The position numbers and the translations under genes were made by a program. Source: Nannocystis bainbridge (lineage in GTDB: Bacteria > Myxococcota_A > Polyangia > Nannocystales > Nannocystaceae). From it: a DNA stretch of 64,000 nucleotides. Under the pieces are notes generated by a model. It was given only the letters and a program-made list of their open reading frames with translations. It had not been told where the DNA came from and made no database searches. The stretch spans positions 64,001 to 128,000 of the forward strand of contig NZ_JAQNDL010000001.1 of the NCBI RefSeq assembly GCF_028368995.1, in the 5' to 3' direction. Of the stretch, positions 33,836 through 44,900 are shown piece by piece (positions within the stretch are counted from its first letter, which is position 1; each line of letters opens with the position of its first letter).

Positions 33836-35071
33836 TCAACTCTCGCGTGTCGCGGGCTCCGTGGCGGGCTCCACGGGCGGGCCGAGAATGGTGAGGCCAT
33901 CGACCCCGACCTCGGTGCGCAGCAGCGGCCGGAGCCGCGTGGCGTCGGCGACCGCGGCGACCTTGAGCCCGGCCGCCGCGGGCTTGCCGTCGCCGAGGAT
34001 CACCGGCGCATGGAACCAGTAGAACCGCTGCCACGCGCCCGCGGCGACGAAGCTGGCGATCATCCGCCCGCCGCCCTCGACGAGCAGCGAGCGCAGCGGC
34101 AGCTGGCCCAGCGCCTGCAACGCCCCCGCGACATCGACGCGACCCTCGGCGTCTCCCGTCAGCTCGATGCGCCGCAGGCCCAGGTCGTCGATCGATCGCT
34201 GCGCCGCCGTCGGCGCGCGGCTGGTGTGCAGCACCACCGTGCCCGGCCGCAGCAGCGTCGGTCGCTGCGCGGCCCCGGCCACCCGCAGGCCGCTGTCGAA
34301 GATCACCGGCAGCGGATCGACGCCGGTGACCATGCGCACCGACAGCGCGGGATCGTCGCGGAGCACCGTGTCGGCGCCGACGGCGATCGCGTGGTGACGG
34401 GCGCGCAACCAGTGCCCGAGCCGCCGCGCCGCCTCGCCGGTGATCCACTTGCTGTCCCCCGAGCCAGCCGCGATCTGGCCGTCGAGCGACGACGCGATCT
34501 TCAGGGTCACGAACGGCAGCCGCGTCGCTTCGTGGTGCAGGTAGTGCTCGTGCGCCGACGCGCACGCATGGGCGAGCACGCCGGCGCGCACGCGGACGCC
34601 GGCGGCGCGCAGCAGGTCGATGCCGCGGCCGCTGGCGTGGGCCGCCGGATCGAGCGCGCCCACCACGACCTCGCCGACGCCAGCGGCGATCAGCGCCCCG
34701 GTGCACGGCGGGGTGCGACCGAAGTGCGAGCAGGGCTCGAGCGTGACGTAGACGGTGGCGCCGCGCGCGGCCGCTCCGGCCTGCGCGAGCGCGGAGACCT
34801 CGGCGTGCGGGCCTCCGGTGGGCGCGCTGCGACCGGCGCCGACCACCCGATCGCCCTGCACGACGATCGCGCCGACGCACGGGTTGGGATAGGTCGCGCC
34901 GGTGCCCGAGCGGGCCAACGCCACGGCCACGCCCATCCACCGCACGTCACGCGCCTCGGCTGATTCGCCCGCGACCGGCGTGCTGGTCAGCGCCGCCGCG
35001 ATCGCGGCCGGCCCGGCGTCGGCGACCCCGTCGGCGCCGCCGAGCAGGTCGGCCGGCTCCGGCGAGATCAC
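33836..35071 (-). CDS. ribD: Riboflavin biosynthesis deaminase/reductase
   Basis: PNPCVGA, HAEV, TLEPCSHFGRTPPC, SLDG, SKWITG, LVEGG. Confidence 0.96.
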   Translation of the reverse strand: MISPEPADLLGGADGVADAGPAAIAAALTSTPVAGESAEARDVRWMGVAVALARSGTGATYPNPCVGAIVVQGDRVVGAGRSAPTGGPHAEVSALAQAGAAARGATVYVTLEPCSHFGRTPPCTGALIAAGVGEVVVGALDPAAHASGRGIDLLRAAGVRVRAGVLAHACASAHEHYLHHEATRLPFVTLKIASSLDGQIAAGSGDSKWITGEAARRLGHWLRARHHAIAVGADTVLRDDPALSVRMVTGVDPLPVIFDSGLRVAGAAQRPTLLRPGTVVLHTSRAPTAAQRSIDDLGLRRIELTGDAEGRVDVAGALQALGQLPLRSLLVEGGGRMIASFVAAGAWQRFYWFHAPVILGDGKPAAAGLKVAAVADATRLRPLLRTEVGVDGLTILGPPVEPATEPATRES

Positions 35072-35670
35072 GGGACCTCGCTGTCCGGCGCAGGCGACCT
35101 GTCCCCAGAGTCAGGTTCGTCCTCGGCCTCGCCGAACAGCCGGCTCGGCGCGCTGAGCTGGATCTGCCCGCGCGCGTCGATCTCGAACAGCGTGCGCTGC
35201 CCCTCCGGGCTGGTGTGCGCGGCCTTCTCCATCTGGTTCAGCAGGTGCACGAACTCGTCGACGTTGTGATAGACGCCGTGGCTGGAGAGGTAGCGGACAT
35301 ACGCGACGAGGTCGAGCGGGCGCAGCAACCGCGTCACGCGATCGGCGATCTCTTCGGCACGGATCTCTCGCTCCCCGCGTGTCGCGGCCCACAGCTCGAC
35401 CGCCACGATCAGCCCCTCGATCTGCTCGTCGTCGACCGGCCGCTTGTGACAGACCCGCTGGAGGCCGGCGGCGATCTTGTTGCGATCGAAGGCCTGCTTG
35501 CCGCCGCCGCGCTTGAGCACGATCGGCGGGGTCGTCTCGATCCGCTCGTACGTGGTGAAGCGGTGGTTGCAGTCGAGGCAGGCTCGCCGCCGCCGGATCG
35601 CGCCGCCGTCCCGACTCTCCCTCGAGTCGAGGACCTTGATGCTCCCGCTGCGGCAGACCGGGCAGAGCAA
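35068..35670 (-). CDS. nrdR: Transcriptional repressor NrdR
   Basis: CPVC...VLDSR...IRRRRAC..C..RFTTYE, ATP cone, VAYVRY. Confidence 0.95.
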   Translation of the reverse strand: MLCPVCRSGSIKVLDSRESRDGGAIRRRRACLDCNHRFTTYERIETTPPIVLKRGGGKQAFDRNKIAAGLQRVCHKRPVDDEQIEGLIVAVELWAATRGEREIRAEEIADRVTRLLRPLDLVAYVRYLSSHGVYHNVDEFVHLLNQMEKAAHTSPEGQRTLFEIDARGQIQLSAPSRLFGEAEDEPDSGDRSPAPDSEVP

Positions 35671-35674
35671 ATCT

Positions 35675-36115
35675 CTACCCCCCGGGCTCCAGCTTCTCGA
35701 CCCGCCGGGCGTGACGCCCCCCGGCGAAGCGCGCGTCGAGGAAGGTCCGTAGCAGGACCTTCGCCAGCTCGACGCCGACCACCCGCGCGCCCAGACAGAG
35801 CACGTTGGCGTCGTTGTGTTCGCGGGCCATCGCCGCGCTGAACGGATCCATCACGACCGCGGCGCGGATGCCGATCTGCTTGTTGGCGGCCATGGCCATG
35901 CCCTGACCTGTCCCACAGACCAGGAGGCCGACCGAGCCCGGGTCGGCCTTGACGCAGGTGCTGACGGTCGCCGCGACGTCGGGGTAGTCGACCGACTCGC
36001 TCGCCGTCGCCGGCCCCGACTCGCTCCCGACCTCATGGCCGAACGCGACCACCGCGGCCGCGAGCTCGCGCCGGAGCTCGATCGCCGCGTGGTCGCTGCC
36101 GAGGTGTACGCGCAT
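35675..36115 (-). CDS. rpiB: Ribose-5-phosphate isomerase B
   Basis: GSDHA, DYP, CGTGQG, ANK..GIRAA, REHNDANVL, GGRHARR. Confidence 0.96.
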   Translation of the reverse strand: MRVHLGSDHAAIELRRELAAAVVAFGHEVGSESGPATASESVDYPDVAATVSTCVKADPGSVGLLVCGTGQGMAMAANKQIGIRAAVVMDPFSAAMAREHNDANVLCLGARVVGVELAKVLLRTFLDARFAGGRHARRVEKLEPGG

Positions 36116-36122
36116 GGCTCGT

Positions 36123-37361
36123 CTACCCGACGCGCTTCAACGCGAGGCACGCGTTGGTGCCGCCGAAGCCGAAGCTGTTGGAGAGGACCACGTCGACCGC
36201 GACCTTGCGCGCCTCGTGCGGCACGTAGTCGAGGTCGCACTCGGGGTCGGGATCGTCGAGGTTGATGGTCGGCGGCAGCACCTCGTGGTGCAGCGCCAGG
36301 GCGCAGATCGCCGCCTCGAGCCCGCCGGTGGCCCCGAGCAGGTGGCCGTGCATCGACTTCGTCGACGACACCGCCAGCTTGCGCGCGTGCGCGCCGAACA
36401 CCGCCTTGATCGCGCTGGTCTCGGTCGCGTCGGCGCTGGTCGAGGTGCCGTGCGCGTTGATGTAGCCGACCGACTCGGGGGGCAGCCCCGCGTCGCGCAG
36501 CGCCAGCCGCATGCACCGCTGCGCGCCCTCGCCGTCGGGCGACGGCGCGGTGATGTGATGCGCGTCGGAGGTCGCCGCGTAGCCGACGATCTCGGCGTAG
36601 ATGCGGGCCCCGCGGGCCTTGGCGCGCTCCCATGCTTCGAGCACCACGAGCCCGCAGCCCTCGCTGAGGACGAAGCCGTCGCGGCTCTTGGTGAACGGGC
36701 GCGACGCCTTCGTCGGCTCGTCGTTGCGGGTCGACAGCGCCCGCATCGAAGCGAACCCGCCGATGCACAGCGGCGAGACCGTCGCCTCGGTGCCGCCCGC
36801 GATCATCACGTCGGCGCCGCCGCGGGCGATCAGGTGGAACGCCTCGCCGATGCTGTGCGCGCCGGTCGAGCAGGCCGACACATGGCTCATGTTCGGCCCG
36901 CGATAATTGTGGCGGATCGAGATCTGCCCCGGCGCCAGGTTGACGATGATCGCCGGCACGAAGTACGGGCTGATGCCGTGGCGCGGGCCCTTCTCGCGCA
37001 GCGAGTCGTGGGTGGCCTCGAGGACAGGCAGGCCGCCGAGGCCGGCGCCGACGTAGACGCCGAAGCGCTCGGGGTCGTCGGGCGGCCCCAGCTTCGCGTC
37101 CTCGACCGCCATCGCCGCCGCCGCGACCGCATACTGGATGAAGAGGTCCATCTGTCGGACCTCCTTCTTCGGGACCCAGCGCGTCGCGTCGAAGTCACGC
37201 ACTTCGCCGGCGATGCGCGTCGTCATCGCGCTCGCGTCGAACCGCGTGATCGGCCCGATCCCCGACTTCCCTGCGCACAAGCTCCGCCAGTTGTCGTCGT
37301 TGCCGACGCCCAGCGGGCTGATGAGCCCCACTCCCGTGACCGCGACCCTGCGCCCCGTCAC
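36123..37361 (-). CDS. fabF: Beta-ketoacyl-ACP synthase II
   Basis: [33 protein letters not shown]. Confidence 0.97.
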   Translation of the reverse strand: MTGRRVAVTGVGLISPLGVGNDDNWRSLCAGKSGIGPITRFDASAMTTRIAGEVRDFDATRWVPKKEVRQMDLFIQYAVAAAAMAVEDAKLGPPDDPERFGVYVGAGLGGLPVLEATHDSLREKGPRHGISPYFVPAIIVNLAPGQISIRHNYRGPNMSHVSACSTGAHSIGEAFHLIARGGADVMIAGGTEATVSPLCIGGFASMRALSTRNDEPTKASRPFTKSRDGFVLSEGCGLVVLEAWERAKARGARIYAEIVGYAATSDAHHITAPSPDGEGAQRCMRLALRDAGLPPESVGYINAHGTSTSADATETSAIKAVFGAHARKLAVSSTKSMHGHLLGATGGLEAAICALALHHEVLPPTINLDDPDPECDLDYVPHEARKVAVDVVLSNSFGFGGTNACLALKRVG

Positions 37362-37370
37362 AGCGACCTC

Positions 37371-37616
37371 TCAGGCCTTGCGACGCGCGCGGATGTAGTT
37401 CACGGCGTCACCGACGGTCTTGATGTTCTCGACCTCTTCGTCGGGGATCTTGATCTCGAAGTGCTCCTCGAAGGCGAGCACGAGCTCGACGATCGCCAGC
37501 GAGTCGGCGCCGAGGTCGTCGGTGAAGATCTTGTCCAGCGTGCAGTCCTCGGGCTTCACGTCGAGCTGCTCACGGACGATTTCGATGACCTGCTTCTCGA
37601 TGTCGGATGTCGTCAT
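37371..37616 (-). CDS. acpP: Acyl carrier protein
   Basis: [14 protein letters not shown]; GGAGAGGG SD before ATG 37616. Confidence 0.97.
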   Translation of the reverse strand: MTTSDIEKQVIEIVREQLDVKPEDCTLDKIFTDDLGADSLAIVELVLAFEEHFEIKIPDEEVENIKTVGDAVNYIRARRKA

Positions 37617-37668
37617 GGTGGTTCCCTCTCCAGTCGGGGTCACAAACAAGCGAACGAACTCGTCGGGC

Positions 37669-38466
37669 TCACATACGCAGGCCGCCGTTGATCGCGAGGA
37701 CTTGCCCCGTGACGTAGGCGGCGGCCGGCGCGGCCAGGTAAGCCACGGCCTCGGCGACCTCTTCGGGGCGGCCGATCCGGGCGAGCGGGATCTGCTTGAG
37801 CAGCGCCTCGCGGGCGTCGCCGTGGACGCTCGCGGCGGTCATGTCGGTCTCGAAGAAGCCCGGCGTGACGGCGTTGACGGTCACGCCGCGGCCGGCGAAC
37901 TCGCGGGCGAGCGAGCGGGTCAGCCCGAGCAGGCCGGCCTTGGCGGCGGCGTACATCGCCTGCCCGGCGTTGCCCTGCTCGCCGATGACGCTGCTGATGT
38001 TGATGATGCGCCCGTCGGCCTTGGCCTTGAGCAGGTGGCGGGCGGCCGCCTTGGCGCAGTGGAACGCGCCCTTGAGGTTCACGTCGAGGACGCGCTGGAA
38101 GTCGGCCGGGGCGGCGCGCATCAGCAGGGCGTCGATCGAGATCCCGGCGTTGTTGACGAGGATGTGCAGGCCGCCGAGCTCCGCGACGATGCGCTGCACG
38201 CCCGCGTCGACCGCGGCGGCGTCGGCGACGTCGAAGCCGAACGGCCTGGCCGCGCCGCCCTCGGCGACGATCTCGTCGCACAGCTCGCGGGCCGCGTCCT
38301 CGCGGGCCGCGTAGTTGACCGCCACCGTCGCGCCACGCTGCGCCAGCACCCGGGCGATCGCCCGACCGATGCCACGCGAGGCGCCGGTGACCAGCGCGAC
38401 GCGCCCGGTGAGCGCGAGCGACGGCGGCAGCGCCCTGGCTTGAGGATTGGCTTCGAGGCCCGACAC
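37669..38466 (-). CDS. fabG: 3-oxoacyl-ACP reductase
   Basis: [27 protein letters not shown]; fab operon context. Confidence 0.95.
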   Translation of the reverse strand: MSGLEANPQARALPPSLALTGRVALVTGASRGIGRAIARVLAQRGATVAVNYAAREDAARELCDEIVAEGGAARPFGFDVADAAAVDAGVQRIVAELGGLHILVNNAGISIDALLMRAAPADFQRVLDVNLKGAFHCAKAAARHLLKAKADGRIINISSVIGEQGNAGQAMYAAAKAGLLGLTRSLAREFAGRGVTVNAVTPGFFETDMTAASVHGDAREALLKQIPLARIGRPEEVAEAVAYLAAPAAAYVTGQVLAINGGLRM

Positions 38467-39443
38467 TAGGTGCCGAGCTTTAGCACATCGAGGTCCGCCG
38501 GGGAACCGAGGCCGATGACCGAGAAGCCCTTGTCGATGCGTTTAATCAAGTTGCTCAGCACCTTGCCGTGGCCGAGCTCGAGCCCGCGAGAGATATCCAT
38601 GCGCATCATCGTTCGCACGCTCGCCTCCCACCGGACGCGGCCGGTGATCTGACGAACGAGTCGATCGCGGACGGCCTGCGGATCGCCCGTCGAAGGATAG
38701 GGCTCGGCGTCGACGTTCGCGATCACGGGCGCACGCGGCGCGGCGATGTCGATGTCGACCAGCGCCGCGGCCACGCGCTCGGCCGCGGGCCGCATCAGCG
38801 CGCAGTGGAAGGGCGCCGACACGTTGAGCTTCATCGCTCGCGCGCGGTTCTCCTTGGCGCGCGCGACCACCCGCTCGACGGCCGCCGCGTGACCGGCGAC
38901 GACGATCTGCCCGCCGCCGTTCTCGTTGGCGGGGCTGACGATCTCGCCGCCCTCGCTCGCTTCTTCGCACCACTGCTCGAGCGCGGCCGGGTCGGCGCCG
39001 ATCACCGCCGCCATCGCGCCGACGCCCGCGGGCACGGCCTCTTGCATCGCCAGGCCGCGCAGCCGCACCAGCTTGACCGCGTCGACGAACGCCAGCGCGC
39101 CCGCGGCGACCAGCGCCGAGAACTCGCCGAGGCTGTGCCCGAGCAGCGCCGCCGGCTGCAGCCCGAGCTCGCTCGTGACCACCGTCCAGGCGGCGATGCT
39201 GCAGGTGAGGATCGCCGGCTGGGTGTTGGCGGTCTGCGCCAGCGCCTCGGCCGGGCCCTCGAAGCACAGCCGCGACAGCGGCTCCCCGAGCGCGTCATCG
39301 GCCTCGGCGAACACGCGCCGCGCGGCCGGGAACGCCTCGGCCAGCGCCTTGCCCATGCCGGGCTCCTGGCTGCCCTGGCCGGGGAACATAAACGCCAGCG
39401 GCCGGGCGACCCCAGCGCTGTCCGAAGAGACATGTTCGTTCAT
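38466..39443 (-). CDS. fabD: Malonyl-CoA:ACP transacylase
   Basis: FPGQGSQ, TQPAI, GHSLGE, VSAPFHC. Confidence 0.97.
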   Translation of the reverse strand: MNEHVSSDSAGVARPLAFMFPGQGSQEPGMGKALAEAFPAARRVFAEADDALGEPLSRLCFEGPAEALAQTANTQPAILTCSIAAWTVVTSELGLQPAALLGHSLGEFSALVAAGALAFVDAVKLVRLRGLAMQEAVPAGVGAMAAVIGADPAALEQWCEEASEGGEIVSPANENGGGQIVVAGHAAAVERVVARAKENRARAMKLNVSAPFHCALMRPAAERVAAALVDIDIAAPRAPVIANVDAEPYPSTGDPQAVRDRLVRQITGRVRWEASVRTMMRMDISRGLELGHGKVLSNLIKRIDKGFSVIGLGSPADLDVLKLGT

Positions 39444-40501
39444 GCAGGTGACTCCTCGCGCTTGGCCGCGGCGAACAGCTCGCGGTGATCGCCGATCGCG
39501 GTCCGCAGCGCCGGCGTGAGGTCGCGCGCCGCGTAGTCGCCGGCGATCCGGATGCCGGTCGCCAGCGCCTTCGGGCCGGCGCCGCCGTGACAGATGATCG
39601 CCACCCCGTCGACGCCGAGCAGGGGCGCGCCGCCGTAGGAGTCGGGGTCGAGCTGCTCGCCGAGGGCGCGGAAGGCCGGGCGCAGGATCAGCCCGCCGAG
39701 CTTCGTGCGCGCGGTCTGCATCACCGCCGCGCGCAGGAACCCGACGATCCCGCCCGCGGTGCCCTCCATGACCTTGAGCGCGACGTTGCCCGTGAACCCG
39801 TCGGTGACGATCACGTCGACGGTGTCCTTAAAGAAGTCCTTGCCCTCGACGTAGCCGTGGAACGAAAACGCCGGGCTCGGGTGGGCCGCCAGCAGGCGAT
39901 GGGCCGCGCGCGTGAGGTCGGTGCCCTTGCCCTCCTCGCTGCCGTTCGACAGCACGCCGACGCGCGGCCGCTTGCCGTGCGCGGTGCTGGAGAAGATCGC
40001 CCCCATCACCGCGAACTGCACGAGGTTGATCGGCTTGCAGTCGACGTTCGCGCCCATGTCGATGAGCACGCACGGGCCGCCCTTCGGCCGCGGGAAGCTC
40101 GAGACGATCGCCGGGCGGTCGATGCCCTTGAGCCGGCCGAACCGGAACAGCCCGGAGGCGAGCATCGCCCCCGAGTTGCCGGCCGAGACGACCGCGGCCG
40201 CCTGACCGCGCCGGACCAGGTCGAAGCACACGACCATCGACGCGTCGGGCTTCGAGCGCACCGCCTTGGAGGGGGTGTCCTCCATGGTGATCGTCTCCGA
40301 CGCGTGGTGGACGGTGATCCCGTCCTCCCCGTCGTAGCGAGAGATCCCCAGGAGGGCGAGCTGCGGCACGAGGCGCGCCCGGTCGCCGACGAGGATCACC
40401 TCTTGCCCGGCGCGCGCGGCGAGGACTGCGGCCTCGACCTCGACGAAGGGACAGTGATCACCGCCGAAGGCGTCGAGCGCGATCTTCCTCGTCGCCGCCA
40501 C
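39440..40501 (-). CDS. plsX: Phosphate acyltransferase
   Basis: IALDAFGGD, SAGNSGA, IDRPAI, DMGAN, EEGKG, DGFTGN, GGAPLLGV. Confidence 0.96.
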   Translation of the reverse strand: MAATRKIALDAFGGDHCPFVEVEAAVLAARAGQEVILVGDRARLVPQLALLGISRYDGEDGITVHHASETITMEDTPSKAVRSKPDASMVVCFDLVRRGQAAAVVSAGNSGAMLASGLFRFGRLKGIDRPAIVSSFPRPKGGPCVLIDMGANVDCKPINLVQFAVMGAIFSSTAHGKRPRVGVLSNGSEEGKGTDLTRAAHRLLAAHPSPAFSFHGYVEGKDFFKDTVDVIVTDGFTGNVALKVMEGTAGGIVGFLRAAVMQTARTKLGGLILRPAFRALGEQLDPDSYGGAPLLGVDGVAIICHGGAGPKALATGIRIAGDYAARDLTPALRTAIGDHRELFAAAKREESPA

Positions 40502-40508
40502 CTCTTAC

Positions 40509-40694
40509 TTACTCTTGCGCGATCGTGATCACCTCACGGCCCTTGTAGTGGCCGCAGGCCGGGCACACGTGGTGGCTTCGAACGCGCTCTTGGCAGTTCG
40601 GGCAGGCGACGAGAGTCGGCGCCGAGCGCTTGTCGTGGTGGGCGCGCCGCATGTCGCGGCGGGACTGGGACTTCTTCTTCTTGGGGACAGCCAT
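40509..40694 (-). CDS. rpmF: 50S ribosomal protein L32
   Basis: [17 protein letters not shown], CxxC...HHVCxxCG. Confidence 0.97.
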   Translation of the reverse strand: MAVPKKKKSQSRRDMRRAHHDKRSAPTLVACPNCQERVRSHHVCPACGHYKGREVITIAQE

Positions 40695-40816
40695 GGCACG
40701 AACCGCCTTGGAAGCGGGGGCGGGAGTCTATCGCTTTTCCCGGCGCCACAATCGGCGCAGGGGGCGGTAGAGCGCCCGGAGGACCTGAGATAACTCAAAC
40801 CTCCGGGCCGGGATCA

Positions 40817-41815
40817 CTACTTCTTCTTGCTCGGGGGTTTACCCGAGGACTTCGGCGCCGGGCGGGCAGACGCCTTGCTGGCCGGTTTGGCCGGCTTGGC
40901 CGCCTTGCCCGGCGACTTGGACGTCTTGCTCGGCGCACCGGCCGACTTGCTCGCGGGGCCCGACTTGCCCGCCGGAGCCGCGGACGATCTGCTCGCGGGC
41001 TTGGCGACCGGCGGACCGGATCGCTTGCCGGCCGAGGGGGACTTGTCGCCCGGCCGCGGCTCGGGCTCGCCGAACCCGGGATCGAAATCGTCGACCCCGG
41101 GAATAGGGCCGGCGAAGCCCAGGTTGTCGGCGTCCGTGTCGTCGTCCCCGTCCACGCCCGCGTCGGCGAGCTGCCGCAAGGCCGCCTGCCACGAGGTCGT
41201 GGGCTTGGCCGGCGCCTCGTCGTCATCCTCTTCCGCGAGGGTGACGATCGGCACCTGGGCGTCGGTCGCTCCGCACGCCGCGCACGGGCCCAGCGGCTGA
41301 CCGTTCAACTCGGCCCCGCAGCGCATGCACAGACCGCGGCACGCCTCGCCGTAGGCGCACAGCGCCCGGATCGGATACGACAGCAGCACCTGCTCGACGA
41401 GCAGCGGCCGCAGATCGATGTGCGTGCCGGAGAAGCTGCGCTCGTCCGGCGACTCGGTCTCGCTCTCCTCGTCGTCGGCGTCACTGACGCGATCGCGGAC
41501 GAAGTGCACGCAAATCTCCCCGCCGGCCGAGACCGGCGCTGGCGCCAAACAGCGGGCGCAGGGGACGCTGTAGCCGCCCTGGATGCGGCCGCGGACCAGA
41601 TAGCTGGTGCCCTCGCCGATGGCCGTGACTTCGAGCGACGTGGCGCCGCCGCTGGTGACCTCGGCGTCGGTGTGCGCCAGCACCGTCGCCATCCACGGCG
41701 CCGGGAGCTCCGCCTGGACCTCGTAGGGGCCCAGCCCGGAGCGAGCCAGGGCCACGAGATCGAGGTCAAGCTCCGGCGGGAGCTGCGTGCCGTCGTCGCG
41801 GGGCGTGGCCTTCAT
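40817..41815 (-). CDS. DUF177/YceD family protein with acidic then Lys-rich tail
   Basis: PCARCL, IDLRPLLVEQVLLSYP, C..ACRGLCMRCG; canonical position upstream of rpmF. Confidence 0.88.
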   Translation of the reverse strand: MKATPRDDGTQLPPELDLDLVALARSGLGPYEVQAELPAPWMATVLAHTDAEVTSGGATSLEVTAIGEGTSYLVRGRIQGGYSVPCARCLAPAPVSAGGEICVHFVRDRVSDADDEESETESPDERSFSGTHIDLRPLLVEQVLLSYPIRALCAYGEACRGLCMRCGAELNGQPLGPCAACGATDAQVPIVTLAEEDDDEAPAKPTTSWQAALRQLADAGVDGDDDTDADNLGFAGPIPGVDDFDPGFGEPEPRPGDKSPSAGKRSGPPVAKPASRSSAAPAGKSGPASKSAGAPSKTSKSPGKAAKPAKPASKASARPAPKSSGKPPSKKK

Positions 41816-41917
41816 CCGGCCGCATGTAGCGCGTGGCGCCAGGGCTGTCAAACCGCCGCCAGCCCGGATCCTTTCGCCGCCAGCCCCAGATCCTTTGGTT
41901 GACACGGCAAACGCGGA

Positions 41918-44900
41918 TTGGCTATTGCCTCCCGGCCCTTGGTCGCCTCTGAGCCCACTGCGCGCCTCGGAGGCGCCGACGCGAGCCCCCGCCTCGACGC
42001 GCCCGGCGACGTCTCGCCGCTCGCCGAGCCGCGGCTCGAGTTCTCCGCCGGTCGCTCGCGCGTGCTCGCGGTGTCGTGCCTGGTCGGCGCCTGTCTGATC
42101 GCACTTGTCCCTCGGGACAGCCAGGCCCGCACCCGCAGCGCCGCGCTCGGCGTCGTCGCCCCGCCCGCGCCGCCGCTGCTGCCGAGCCTGCGCGCCGCCC
42201 CGGGCCTGCGCGCCAGCGACCTGGTCGCCGGCCTCGGCGCGCCGCTGCTGCTCGCACCGCCGCCGCGGACCACCCCGCGCCGCCTGCCGAGCGAGTCGAC
42301 CTCCGAAGCGCCGACGAGCGAGCCGCCGACTGAACCTGCTCCGGAGGACATGTCCGGAACGACAGGGTCTTCGGGACCTGCCCCGACGGGCAGCCCGCTG
42401 ACGCGGCCGGCGCCCAACCTGGCGCCGCCACCCGAGAGCGAAGAGGGCGACGAGACCGAGGCCGCCGCGCCGGCCCCTGCCCCGGCCGCCGTCGCCGAGG
42501 GTCAGCTGTTCGCGCCGATCGCCACCACCGAGCCGCAGGCCGAGCCCGAGCCGCAGGAGGAGACGCCGCGCCTCCTCAAGGGCAAGAGCGTCCCGCCGTT
42601 CTGGATCGATCGCACCTTCACGACCCACCGGACGCGCGCGCTGACGCTGCCGCCGCTGTTCTTCCACCGCAACGGCACCGCCAACCACCCGGAGAAGCTG
42701 TTCCACTTCAACCTGTCCCTCACGACAGGTTGGTACAGCGAGCGCACGGCGAAGCGCAGGTGGTTGTCGCCGGCGATCCTGTTCTTCGGCTCGTTCAGCG
42801 AGCGCACCACCGGCTGGGGCTCGGTCGCGCTGCTGATGGGCTACAAGCGGGTCGGCGAGCAGTACAGCTTCGGCCAGTTCCCGTTCGTCTGGCGGTGGGG
42901 CAACAAGTCGGTCAAGAACCTGGTCGTCGTCCCGTTCCACTACCACCAGAAGACGCCCGACAGCTTGCGCGGCTTCTCGGCGGTGCTGTTCTGGTACGGT
43001 CACAAGAACACCACCGACAAGGACCCGCTCAACGACCTGCGCTACTTCGTCGGCTTCCCGCTGTTCTACCGCGTGACCCGCGGGCCGAGCACCGTCAACG
43101 TCGGCGTGCCGCTGTACCTCGGCGGTCAGAACAAGGCCCGCGGGGTCCAGTGGCACACGGTGCTGCCGTTCGTGCACTGGCAGTCGAGCGAGTACGGCAA
43201 CCGCAAGGATCTGTGGACGCTGCTGTACGTGCAGCGCAGCGACAAGGCCCGCAGCCAGCGCTCGTGGGCCGTGCCGCCGCTGCTCACGTTCTCGCGCCAG
43301 ACCCCGACGCACAAGCTGTTCTCGGCCACCCCGCTGGTGTGGCGCGCCGAGAACCGCGACCGCGGCAGCGTCGCCTGGTCGGTGTTCCCGTGGGTCAGCT
43401 ACCGCGACCCCGAGCAGCGCAACCGGGTGCTGTTCCCGCTGTTCTGGCAGTTCGGCGACGTCAAGTCCGGCGTCACCAGCAGCGTGTTCGTGCCCCTCGT
43501 GTACGCGCGCAAGAGCCCGCAGGACACGCGGGTCTACACGCTGCTCGGCGGCGGCCGCTCGGGCAAGGACGGCCGCTGGGGCTTCGGCATCACCCCGCTC
43601 CTGACCTTCGTCCGCAACGAGCCGGGCGGCAAGAGCTTCCAGGTCGTCACGCCGCTGTTCGGCCACTCGCACGACCCGAGCGCCTACGGCGGCAAGGGCT
43701 CGCGCACGGTCTCGGCCGCGGTGCTCGGCTACTACAGCCGCCGCGGCGAGCGCTGGGACGCCGGCTTCGCCCCGCTGGCGTTCGTCGGCCGCGACGGCAC
43801 CCGCTCGTACCAGACCATCACCCCGCTGTTCTGGCACCGCCGCGACACCGACCCGCAGAACCCGAGCGACCTGTGGGTGCTCGGCCCGGCCTACGCCAAG
43901 AAGGTCAAGTCGGGCGGCCACGGCGGCCTCGCCCCGCTGGTGTTCGCCGGCCGCGACGACAAGTTCCGCTACGGCATCGTCCCGCCGCTGCTGTTCGGCC
44001 ACGTCCACGACGTCGAGGCCCAGCGCTCGCGCACGGTGTCGCTGGTGTTCGCGCGCGACAAGGGCCCCGACCACCGCACGCTCGGCGTCCTCAACCTGTT
44101 CTGGGACGTGAAGCGCCCGGGCGGCGAGCGCCACACCGCCCTGTTCCCGCTGTTCTACCGCCGCCACAGCGAGGGCAAGACGCTGACCCTCACCCCGCTG
44201 GGCGGCGCCTACAGCACGCCCGAGCAGCGCACCTGGTCCGCCGCCGCGATCCTCTACGGCTTCCGCGGGATCAAGGATCCGGACCGCCGCGGCTTCGGCC
44301 TCATCCCGCTGGTCTTCTACGACCGCCGCAAGGTCGACGGCGGGGTCGCCAGCAACGTCGTCGTCGCGCCGCTGTTCGCCCGCCACCGCGCGCCCAGCGA
44401 AGACCTCGACATGTGGTCGCCGCTGGTCTGGCGCACGGTCACCCGCGGCGAGAAGCCGCGCAAGAACCTCGCGGTCATCCCGTTCTACTTCCGTCAGCGC
44501 CAGCCCGACGGCATCGACGTCGACGCCGGCCTGATCCTCCCGTTCTTCTACAGCCGCGACAAGGTCCGGCGCACGCACACGCTGATCGCCGGCCCGGCGT
44601 TCCACCGCCTCACCCGCACCTCGCTGAACGCCGGCGTGGTGCCCGTCTACTGGTGGCACGACTCGGCGGAGAAGCGGCGCCTGATCTCGCTGCCGCTCAT
44701 TTTCCACCAGGCGGACAAGAACAAGCTCGAGCACACGACCATCGCCGTGCCGCTGTGGTTCGACCGCCGCCGCGCCAACGGTCGCCGCTCGTGGGTCGCC
44801 TTCCCGTTCGTCGTCGGCGTCAAGGGTCAGTTCAACTTCACCCGCTTCAGCCTGACGCCGCCGATCTTCTACGACATCTTCCGCCTCCACAAGAACTACC

